Positions 13,801-23,200 of a stretch of DNA of 64,000 bases are shown piece after piece. Source of the DNA: Rhizaria sp. SCN 62-66. Its lineage: Eukaryota. The position numbers and the translations under genes are program-made. Below the pieces are notes generated by a model, which did no database searches, was not told where the DNA came from, and worked only from the letters and a program-made list of their open reading frames with translations. The number at the start of each line of letters is the position of its first letter. Position 1 is the first letter of the stretch. The stretch lies in NCBI GenBank assembly GCA_001724265.1, contig MEDY01000014.1:62001-126000 (forward strand), given 5' to 3'.

Positions 13801-16079
13801 CCGACTCCGACTCCGAGGACGACGACGAGGACGAGGACGATGAGGACGACGACGAGCAGGATAACGCGTGGATCGAGGTCGTGGTGGAGATCATCCTCTC
13901 GCTCCTTGTCAAGCCCTCTGCGCTGCTGCGCGTGCTCAGCACCAAGGTCTTCACGGCGCTGTCGGGTGACCTCACCGCGGGCGCGCTCGCCGACATGCTC
14001 GCCGTCGTGGCCGGCACCAAGGACCTCGGCGACGACGGCGACGACGAGGGCGAGAACATCGTCAACGGCGCGCCGGTCGAGGACGACAGCGAGTTCGACG
14101 AGGATGAGTTCGAGGTCGAGCTCACCGACGACGAGGACGAGGACGATGAGTCCGAGTCCGAGTCCGAGTCCGAGGCCCCCGCTGCTAAGGGCGGCAAGGG
14201 CACCGCCGCCGCTGCTGCTGCTGCCAAGGGCGGCAAGAAGGGCGGTAAGATGGCGATTGTGGAGGATTCGGACGATTCGGGCTCCGAGGACGACGCGGCG
14301 ATCGAAGCTGCCGCCAAGGCCGCCATCGCCAAGCGCAAGGCTGCCAAGGCCGCCACCAGCGGATCCGCGTCCTCGGTCGCCGTGGTGGACCGCCGCAAGA
14401 AGTGGGACGCCTTCTCAGGCGCCGCCGACGGCGAGAGCGACTCTAGCGACAGCGACGACGACGAGGAGCTCGACTTCGGCAAGGCGCTCCGCGAGAACCC
14501 CGGTACCGAGAGCGAGGTCGGCGTCCGCATGCTCGGCGGCGACGACGAGGACGAGGACGACGACGACGACGAGCACATCGATATGGCGACGCTGACCGAG
14601 ATCCTGGCCATGGACGCCTACACGTCCTCCGGCGACGGCGTCAAGACGCGCGCCGACGTGGCGCTGCAGCAGCTCGTCGCCATGAAGCGCGCGCGCACGC
14701 GCACGCAGCGCGACCTACGCCACGAGGCGATGAACTTCCGTCTCCGCGTGCTGGACCTGATCGAGATCGTGATCCGCCGCCACGCCAACCGCGTCGCCGA
14801 GCTGATGCTGTACGAGCCGCTGCTGGTTGCGCTGGCGTCGTGCACGCTGGCTGACCTCAAGACGCTGCACGACCGCCTTTTCGCGCTCTTCCGCAACAAG
14901 CTCTGCCGCCCGTACCAGGGCCCCGCGCTGCCCGCCGCGCCGTCGCCCGCCTCGGCCGCCGCCGAGGTCCAGGCCGCCGACGCCATGGCGCCTCTGACCG
15001 CGCTCGCACTCAAGGAGGTCCTCGAGGAGCGCTTCGCGACCGTCACGAACAAGGAAGTGAACCCCACAGTCGAAGCGCTCGCGCTCAACGTCATGGCCAT
15101 CATCCGCGTCGCTACACAGTACTTCAGCGTCGCCGCGTCCGAGGACGAGTGGGCCGCCGCCAAGGCCGCCACCGCGACTGCCGCAGCGCCCTCCGCGAAG
15201 CCCAGCAAGAAGTCCGCCGCCGCCTCTGTGGCCTCTGAGGCCGACTTGCAGACCGCCGTCAAGGCCGCCCGCGTGGCGTTCGTCGCGGACCAAGTTGCCC
15301 CGCTGCTGACCGCCTTCCTGGGCGCCAAGCGCTCACGCTACAACCACCGCTTCTTCGAGGACCTCATGGCGAAGCTGCCGCTCGTGGCGTGGCGCCTGCT
15401 GCCACCGCTGACGGCCGCGCTCGACTCGGCGCCCACGGTGTTCAACCGCTCCGAGGCGCTCGAGCTCATCGCCGTGGTGCTGCGCGGCAAGAACGCGCTT
15501 GCGCCCGCCGACGCGCTCGCTGCGCTGCGCCAGCTGCGGCCGCACGTCGAGGGCGCCGAAGCCAAGGGCTCCGCGCTGGCCTCCGAGCTCACCGCGGCGA
15601 CCCCCGCGGCCGAGCCCGCCGTGGCCGTGATTGTCGGCGGTAAGGGCGCCAAGGCCGTCGCCGCGGCGCGTGCCAGTGCGCTGGACGGCGCCAAGGGCTC
15701 GAGCAAGATGCAGAAGGAGTTCGTCAAGACTGCACAGCGCGTGGTGAACCAGTTCCACAACGCGCTGGGCGCCGTCGAGGAGGCCATGGGGCTCCCGCTG
15801 AGCGTCGTGCGCAAGCGCGACGCCAAGAAGGAGCGCCAGCAGGCCAAGTTCGAGGCCAAGATCGCCGCCCGCAAGGCTGCTGCTGCGGCAGCTGCGAACG
15901 GCGAGCCCGCTCCCGCTGCTGCTAAGGCTGAGAAGGCTGAGAAGCCCGCCAAGAAGGAGGTTGAGGAGGCCAAGGAGGTCGCCCCCGCCAAGAAGGAGGC
16001 CAAGGCTGAGAAGCCCGCTGCCGAGAAGAAGGCTGACAAGGCTGATAAGAAGGCCAAGAAGGCTATGAAGGACGAGTGA
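10830..16079 (+). CDS. POL5: DNA polymerase phi / Pol5 / MYBBP1A-like nucleolar protein
   Basis: N-terminal 'FWRLAEED...YVLRRLIRGLASDRLAARQGFATALTQLL', 'WIEVVVEIILSLL', 'NFRLRVLDLIE', acidic tracts and a Lys-rich tail. Single long ORF. Confidence 0.88.
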   Translation: MDLFWRLAEEDVSVRQQAVLDLIQQVQAHHSAGTSKSKTAAPTVTIKPDTTAADLAATELPSREVAVDYVLRRLIRGLASDRLAARQGFATALTQLLLTMSKEIPTDFVLTVARSRMEHVNEMGPSEKRDYMVGEVFFLLVLARSGRITEVPIQILASIVVAFGKLGGNARMKTMCTEALVVILPTLTREQLVRAFLPVAVEALPADSKDLTADDVILCLALRRAADEHGLFSAATVAQLIKSDAATIATLPAYVRAIAKSAHFPRLVPALNTTIKAFPIALHSVWDVLIADLLARGDVDVTDAAVRAAPASNSTSLALFVRSVIVDGFIEGHVGKRRGIALSVTARLIRAVVAKASEALDAAGVTDTAGVASWLAATVAAVMPPPVVACLFETMRTLNAARSNARMEKRKNAQRAEAQQRKERALAAAQAAKEGKPLPKDDKKKPAAGNNKKGGAKTAAGDDDEEEQIEDATGAYEASALVEEAMIDACDAAPALSATLIRLLTDPAAGGNRLWDSRCGCGTVSSLKAALSAEAAGELFAQLVRTFSDAEQSARAEVRAAAVAALEYEQYAAENAARAREPANAAKAKADAAEDDDEAATPGAGAVALAKRAAAKAKAIADLMGDGGDGDDGASGSIRRLAGSIGDLDAFLQSPAAVRAVADVADATRQWALDTVLEVVRARGKHRRGEAASTTADKARAALHLLFRAGFFTAPEAAAAAEAEAAPEQQGKRSKSAKSSAAGAVASRAAEFLTANAIPALSEKVRRMCVVRFISVLQELLQQTDAEAQQKKRRTAVRARKAAKKAAGDDADDSADDEDEDEDEDAEEDDDADDDDENEEASGLGAAVWCGDVLAYWQDLEAHGYTLTEELSEGALMARAAAAEAMTALRKCIASTAAAVAAASTKGVAGSDAEQAARRALIARARGLLLLTAHCAALQLTEVEDFSPVLLDLSQAVKRALAGSKDKTAAKAAKAKKATAAAKGKKGKKAADSDSEDDDEDEDDEDDDEQDNAWIEVVVEIILSLLVKPSALLRVLSTKVFTALSGDLTAGALADMLAVVAGTKDLGDDGDDEGENIVNGAPVEDDSEFDEDEFEVELTDDEDEDDESESESESEAPAAKGGKGTAAAAAAAKGGKKGGKMAIVEDSDDSGSEDDAAIEAAAKAAIAKRKAAKAATSGSASSVAVVDRRKKWDAFSGAADGESDSSDSDDDEELDFGKALRENPGTESEVGVRMLGGDDEDEDDDDDEHIDMATLTEILAMDAYTSSGDGVKTRADVALQQLVAMKRARTRTQRDLRHEAMNFRLRVLDLIEIVIRRHANRVAELMLYEPLLVALASCTLADLKTLHDRLFALFRNKLCRPYQGPALPAAPSPASAAAEVQAADAMAPLTALALKEVLEERFATVTNKEVNPTVEALALNVMAIIRVATQYFSVAASEDEWAAAKAATATAAAPSAKPSKKSAAASVASEADLQTAVKAARVAFVADQVAPLLTAFLGAKRSRYNHRFFEDLMAKLPLVAWRLLPPLTAALDSAPTVFNRSEALELIAVVLRGKNALAPADALAALRQLRPHVEGAEAKGSALASELTAATPAAEPAVAVIVGGKGAKAVAAARASALDGAKGSSKMQKEFVKTAQRVVNQFHNALGAVEEAMGLPLSVVRKRDAKKERQQAKFEAKIAARKAAAAAAANGEPAPAAAKAEKAEKPAKKEVEEAKEVAPAKKEAKAEKPAAEKKADKADKKAKKAMKDE

Positions 16080-16658
16080 AGTGCATGCTAAGCAAACAAA
16101 AGCAAAGCAATATTATTCAGGTGCAGGAATGATGATATGATACTTAAGTTAGTCTGGGGGGTCTTTGTGGACAGGTAAACGAAACAATATGAGAATGATG
16201 ATCAATAACACAACAATTAACTTGGTACCAGTTCAATGAAGTTGCCAAGGAAGAAAAAGATACAAAAACATGTTAAGACACAATACCGAGATCATGTATA
16301 GCGTGTTTGTATAGCGTGTTTGAAAGTTCGCGTAACGAGTCAAGTCGTAAATAAATTCAGAATTGGGTGTATTCGACGAAATTATCGTATGTCCCGTCGT
16401 CATCGATTCAGCACTAATGCGGTAAGTAAGTTCGGCGAAATCGACAATATCACTGATTGAAGCAACAACAAATAGGCAGATGGGAAAACATGCGAGAGTT
16501 AGTAAAACAGCCTATCGCCATATCCCGGGCCCAAACTCACTAACTCACAGTATCACACAGTCATGACACACAGCGGAGTCAGAACGCGGTTGAGTTACAT
16601 AACCGCATCATTCGAGCGTTTGTGTGTTAAAACGTGTTTAAGCATGTCGTTGTGTCGC

Positions 16659-17255
16659 TCAGAGCTCGGCCTTGTCGGCGCCGTCCTTGGGCTTGAGCGC
16701 CATAACGCGCGCCACGAAGTCGGGCTTCTCCATGCAGTCAGTGCACGTCTCGCCCAGGTCCGCGAGCAGCGCGCGGAGCTCCTTGACACGCATCTTGGGC
16801 ACGCCCGCCCAGTCGACCTTGACGCCCTTCTTGGCCTTGGGCTTCTTCGGCGCGGGCTTCTTCTTCTCGGGCGTGGGGTCCGAGACGGAGTTGCCTGAGT
16901 AGCGCAGCGAGCAGATGGACGCGTCCTTGGCGCGGAGGCGGCGGCAGATCGACAGCGAGGGGACGCCGATGGACATGGGGCGCGAAACCTCGCGGAGGAT
17001 GTTGGTCGCGGAGTCCGCAGCGCCGCCGAGGTACCAGCAGAGACGCTTGTCCTTGGCGTTGTCGAAGCCCTTGCACGACTTGCGGTAGACCTTCTCGTAG
17101 TCCTCGACAGACTTGGCCTCGGCAGCCTTGCCGGCCTCGGCGAACTTCTCGAGAACGGACACGCAGACCTCGCACTCAGCGTCCTCCTGCGCAAGCGCAG
17201 GGGCGGCGGAGAAGGCGAGAGCAAGCGCGCAGAAGAGAGCGAGAATCAGACGCAT
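16659..17255 (-). CDS. MANF: MANF/ARMET (CDNF family) ER-luminal protein
   Basis: Signal peptide MRLILALFCALALAFSAAPALA; saposin-like CEVC...RLCWYLGGAADSATNILREVSRPMS...ICRRLRAKDASICSLRY; SAP-like KMRVKELRALL...CTDCMEKPDFV; C-terminal KAEL. Confidence 0.93.
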   Translation of the reverse strand: MRLILALFCALALAFSAAPALAQEDAECEVCVSVLEKFAEAGKAAEAKSVEDYEKVYRKSCKGFDNAKDKRLCWYLGGAADSATNILREVSRPMSIGVPSLSICRRLRAKDASICSLRYSGNSVSDPTPEKKKPAPKKPKAKKGVKVDWAGVPKMRVKELRALLADLGETCTDCMEKPDFVARVMALKPKDGADKAEL

Positions 17256-18182
17256 GTTAGAAAAGCGAATCTGTGTGCAGAGGGAGGGACAAAAGCGGTA
17301 GAGTGGAGCAATGCACGAGGCGAGGAAGATCGAGCCGGAAAGATAAGGCAATAGGCAGAGAGTTAGTAGGGTGGGCAGATGTAAATTTGAGAACGAGTCG
17401 TTAGCAAGAGCGGGTTCGTTGGAGGAACGGGTGCAGAACAATCGCGAAACACTGACGCCAGAGCGCATTGGACGCCACTCCTTGCCCCCCTTCATATCGA
17501 CATATCTAGGCATCAGACAAGATGCGCAAATTAAACCGAGCATAGATCAACGCAATGACAATCGTGACAAACAATCGCTGCGTCTATGTACGTTCAAACT
17601 ACGGCGCTAGTGACCGATTCAGCTTGGGCTGACTCAGCCTTCTACTCGATTCGAGACGAAGACCGTGCCGGTCGAAAATAAATTGTAGATTTTCGCGAAC
17701 TGGTTCGGCAAGACCGACAGACGTCCCACCATATCAACGAAGATGCGCTCTGATTGACGTTAGACCTTTTTGCGTCGCGACAAGCTTGTTTGTAACGCGG
17801 TCAATTTTTAGCAGTATTGATTCGTAGAATTATGTTTCGCTCAGGCATGCGCACAACGACGCGTAGTCTGGGATCTCTGCCTCGATCTGCCGGATGGCTT
17901 CCGAGTTGTGGTGGTCGAATCTCCGACAGTCCTCCCAGCGCTTCGATCGCGTCTCTAGCGCAACTGACGCGTTCGTCATGTGTCGGTCTCATTGCGTCGT
18001 CTAGTCTCACTTCCTCTTTAAGCTCACTCACTCAACTGCCTCCCCCTGTATCTTAATCGCCGCTGTTGCATCTGTCGTCGTCCTCGTCACCTCCTCGTGT
18101 TCGCCCTTTCTCGTCGTCCTCTTCCTCATCGTCTTCGTCGTCGTCCTTGTCTTCTCAATATCCGGACAGCAACAACAGCAGC

Positions 18183-18559
18183 ATGGATTTCAAGGCGGCG
18201 GCCGAGTTCGTGGGCGCGGAGTGGAAGGCTTCGATCCTCACCACGATGTCCAAGTACATCGAGATTCCCAACCAGTCCCCTCTGTTTGACCCCGAGGTGC
18301 TGACCAACGGCTACCAGGACCAGGCCGTCGAGCTCCTCATGAACTGGGTCAAGTCCCAGAACGTCCCTGGCCTCACCATGCGCCTCGAGACTGAGCCCAA
18401 GCGCACCCCCGTGATCTTCATCGAGGTCACTGGCACCGACAACACCACCGAGACCGTGCTCGCTTACGGCCACCTCGACAAGCAGCCCCCGATGAAGTAC
18501 GACTCGTCCAACCCCACCGTGCCGCTCTGGGAGCCCCACACCCCGATCATCAAGGACGG

Positions 18560-18598
<39 letters not shown>

Positions 18599-18758
18599 GA
18601 TCTTCTCCGCCATCACCGCCATCAAGGCCGTCAAGGCGCAGAACCTGCCTCACGCCCGCACCGTCATCATCATCGAGGCCTGCGAGGAGTCCGGCTCCAT
18701 GGACCTGCCCTTCTACATCCAGCGCCTCAAGGCCGACATCGGCTCCCCGTCGCTTGTC

Positions 18759-18794
<36 letters not shown>

Positions 18795-19628
18795 CTCTGG
18801 CTCACCGCCACCCTGCGCGGCATGCTCTTCGGCGTCCTCAAGGTCTCCGTCTCGTCCGAGGGCGTCCACTCCGGCGCCGGCTCCGGCATCATCCCCTCGA
18901 CCTTCCGCATCGCGCGCGAGCTCCTGGACCGTGTCGAGGACTCCAAGACGGGCAAGGTTCTCGCGCCCGCGCTTTGGGCGGACATCCCCGCCGAGCACCG
19001 CGCGTACGCCGAGAAGACGGCCGCCGCGCTCGGCGACTCGATCGTCAAGGACTACCCGTTCCTCGAGGGTGTGCAGCCCATGAGCAACGACCTCGCTGAG
19101 TGCCTGCTGAACAAGTGCTGGCGCCCGACCGTGTCGTACACCGGCGTCGATGGCGTCCCCGGCATCGCCAACGCCGGCAACGTGCTCCGCCCGTACACCT
19201 CGCTCGGCCTGTCCTTCCGCCTGCCCCCCACCGTCGACGCGGCCGCCGCGTATGCCGAGCTTAAGCAGATCCTCGAGGCCAACCCCCCCGCGGGCGCGCA
19301 CGTGACCTTCACCAGCAACAAGTACGCTGCCGGCTGGAAGGCGCCCGAGCTCAAGCCCTGGCTCTCCTCCGCCATCGACACCGCGTCCAACGGCGCGTTC
19401 GGCAAGCCTGCGCTGATTTGGGGCGAGGGCGGCTCGATCCCGTTCATGGGCATGCTCGGCGACATGTTCCCCGAGGCGCAGTTCGTCATCACCGGCGTGC
19501 TCGGCCCCCACTCCAACGCACACGGCCCCAACGAGTTCATGCACATCGGCATGTTCCACGGCGTCACCGTGTCCGTCGCCAGCATCCTCGCTGACCACTA
19601 CAAGGCCACCGTTGCCAACAAGCAGTAA
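18183..19628 (+). CDS. M20 family metallopeptidase (DapE/dipeptidase-like)
   Basis: YGHLDKQP, GRGGADDG, EACEESGS, CLDSG, GEGGSIPF and SNAHGPNE motifs. ATG at 18183, no coding introns. Confidence 0.92.
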
Positions 19629-20207
19629 GTTAGCCAACGGATCCTCCGCTGCTCTCTTTCTCTCTTTACCTGCCTAGGATAAAGCTCTCTCTGGTTAACT
19701 AAACTTTTACAGGTGAGCGCTGGGTGGTTTTAGTCGTTGAAATAATAAATCCATTTTAAATTTGTTGCTCGCATATACGCCCATATTATTATTATTGAAA
19801 TTTTGATACAAGTGTTTGTTTGCGTGTACTATGCACTGAAATAAGAACGGGACTGCAGCTGCGGTCAACGGCGACCGGTGGCTGACCGACTTGACCAATA
19901 ACGGTTACCTCGCGAAGCTATCTTAGTTCCTCAAATGCAGTATACATAATCGTCAAATACTGATCACGTCATCAGTATGCAAATTTATTGTTATATAATA
20001 TGCTATATCTAAATGCTATATGAATATGCAACGGTATAAGCTAACTTTTGACATGTTTGCGTCTCCCCGTTGACCCGTTGTTTCATGGTGCTGCTACCGC
20101 CTACTCCCAACCTGCACAGCATCGTATCCTTTGTACAATCAGCTGTAAGACGTCACCCAGAGACTTAAACCGGCGCGCTAATTGTCTGCGCACTGCCTTC
20201 ACGGCCA

Positions 20208-23200
20208 ATGTCGTCCGACATCAACGATGACGGGCTCTACACGGGCTCCTTCCCCGAGGACGTGGCCTTCCCAGCCTACCTCTCCCCGGACCAGGTCTCC
20301 TCGCTGCAGCAAGACCTGCTCGACTTCATCGGCTCCGACACAGCACTGTTCGAGGACGTTACGGGCGAGTTCGACGTTTCCCCGGCCTACGTCGACGCGA
20401 TCCTCAAGGCCAGCGGCTTCGACCTCGACAACGCTCGGCTCGTCCTTAAGTCCCTCGAAGACGCAGGGTCGCGCTTCACCGACTTCGAAGCGCTGGCGCG
20501 CGCGTTCATCCCCGTCGCGGCCCGCGGCGGCGTGAGCGCTTTTGCTACTGCAAGCGCTAGCGCCCCACACCCCCCGTCCTCCGCTGCAGCCGCCGAGCCT
20601 GCTGTGACTGCACCTGAGGCAGAGCTTATCGTCGCCGCGCCCGCGGTCGAGGTGGCCACGGTCGTCCCCGCGGCGGGTGCTGAAGTCGCCGTCGTCGCCA
20701 CAGTCACCAACACGGCCGCCGCTCCGGCCGCAGATACGGCCGCTACAGTCGCGAGCGCGAGTGCGAGCGGGAGCACCAGCGACGCGACTGCTGCTGCGTC
20801 CTCCCCGCCGCCGCCGTCGAAGCCCGCGCCTGCGAAGCCTGCGCCCACCAAGGCCGCCCCCACCAAGGCCGCGCCCAGCAAGCCCGCGCCCGCTGCTCCG
20901 GCGTCCATATCGGACGCTTTGCCTGTGGCAGATACGGCGCCGACTGACGACGTGACCGCGACGGCTGACGACTCGGCCAGAGCCTCCGAAGCCATCGCTG
21001 CCCCGACTGGTGCTGTGAAGGCGGCGACGACGGAGGGCGAGGTGGTGACGGCCACCGTCGTCGCCGCGACTGCGCCGGCAGTGCTGACGGCTGAGACTGT
21101 CACTGCGGCTGTGGTCACGCTGCCCTCGCGGGCAGTCTCGGGCGCTGCCGACGCCACTGCAACGGACGCCACAGCCGCGGCTCACACCCACGCTGACAAC
21201 GACGCGGAGGTTGCTGCTGCCGTCGCCCATACCGCTGTGTCAGCGCCCGCGCCCGACGTGGTTGTTACCGCCGCCCCTGTCCCGCACCACGGCCACGGTA
21301 GAGACGCCGTCGACTTCAGCGCTGAGCACGACGGCCCCGGCGATGGCAGCAGCAGCAGCAGCATCAGCAGCAGTGCCGAGAGAGCTGGCGATAGAGCCGC
21401 CGCAGCCGGGACAGGAGCGTCGCTGTCGCGCCCCAGCTCCGCGAAGCCGCCGCGGCCGGACTCGGCCAAGCCCAAGCGCCCCGACTCTGCGAAGCCGCAG
21501 AGGACGGAGTCCGCCTCAAAGCTGGCGCGGCCGGGCTCCGCTAAGCCAGCGAGACCCGAGTCTGCCGCCAAGACTAGCCGCCCCGGCTCGGCAGCCGCGG
21601 TGCATCCATCGGCCGCCCCCGCAGCTGCGACGGCGAGCGCGACGGCGAGTGCGAGTGCGGAGCATGCTGAGACTGCGACGCCTGTGAAGCCTGCGCCTGC
21701 GAGCCGACCCGGATCTGCCAAGGCGGCGCGGCCGGCCTCTGCGTCTAAGAGCAGCAGCAGCAGCAGCGGCAGCAGCAAGGAAACCGCCGCCGCAGCAGCA
21801 ACGCCAGCAACAGCGACAGCAAGCAAAGAGACTGATACAGCGCACAGCAAGACTACAGCGTCCGCGAAGCCGTCGCGCAACCCATCGCGCGCACCGTCAC
21901 GGACGCACTCGCCCGCACCCGCCGCGACAGCTGCAACGGCAACGGCGCACGCAGCCGCGCCAGAGCACGCCGCTGAACCTGCTCGTGGCGACAGCGCCCC
22001 CGCTGCTGGTGGCGCGGCCGTAGCTGTGGCTGCGGGATCGAGCACTACCGTCGAGCCTGAGGTCGCGGTGGCCGTATTGAAGTCCACTGCGACGGAACTG
22101 CATCAGCCCGCTGTCGCCACAGTCGTTGCAGTGCACAGCGCCGAGGCCGAGTCTGAGCCGGCCGCTGCCCACCACCCTGCGCCTGCTGCGGCGGCTGGAA
22201 GCACTGACAGCGCGTCGTCTGCACCGGCCGCGCCCAGCAAGCCTGCCCCGGCCAAGCCCGCTCCGGGCCGGCCGCCGCTGGCGCCCGCCAAGGCCGCGCC
22301 CACTGCGCCTGGGACCGCCGCGCAAGCTGCGCCAGTGGCAGCCGCGTCTACTGCGCCTCCAGCTGCTGCTCCCGCTGCGCCTGCGATCACAGAGTCGCCT
22401 GCGACCGCTGCGGCAGCGGAGCCTGCGTTTGTGCACGTCACAACCGCCGAGCCTGCCGTGTCCGCGCGCCGCGCGTCCAAGTCTGTGCCCGAGAGTGAGA
22501 GTGGTAAGAGCACGGACGACCACAAACCCGCTGTGGAGGCACACGGCAACGCCAGCAGCAGCAGGCGCGGCTCCCAGGCCGACCTCAGCGGCCGCCGCGC
22601 GTCCGCTGCTGCGCCCACCAGTGCCGTTGCCATTGGCCCTGCTCCCGCCCCCGCCCCCGCTTCTGCTCCCGCACCTGCACCTGTGCCCGGACCGACAGCA
22701 CACGTCGAGTCCATGGCCGAGTCATCTCTGTCGCCGGGTCGCCGCGAGTCGCAGTCACTCCTCAGCGACCGCCGCGGCTCGCAGTCGGCGAAGACCGACT
22801 CGGCGGCTGCAGCTGCGCCGGACCGCCGGGGCTCACAGTCGCTTCCCAGCGAGCGCCGCGGTTCACAGTCGGTCGACGCTGTGGCGGCGGTAGACCGTCG
22901 CGGCTCACAGGCGGCGGCCGCGCCCTACACAGATCACCAGCACCATGACTCGCAGCCCGTAGTCGACACCGGCCGCCGCGGTTCACAAGCGCTCGCTGGA
23001 ACGGGTGATACAGCGCCGAGCGCGCGCCGTGCCTCGCAATCTGCTGTTGCACCGGCAGCGACAGTGGCGCAAGAGACGTCGCCCCAGAAGGACGCGCGCA
23101 GGGGCAGCCTCACTGCTGGCGCTGACTCCAACGCAAGCGCGGTCAATGCCGCTGCGAACCCGCGCCGCGGCTCTGCTGTCGCGCCCATCCTCGTTCCTGT

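Noticed and set aside
18183-19628. Possible bacterial horizontal origin of the intronless M20 peptidase
   Set aside because: Codon usage matches its neighbours and many native genes here lack coding introns. It cannot be supported without a phylogeny.
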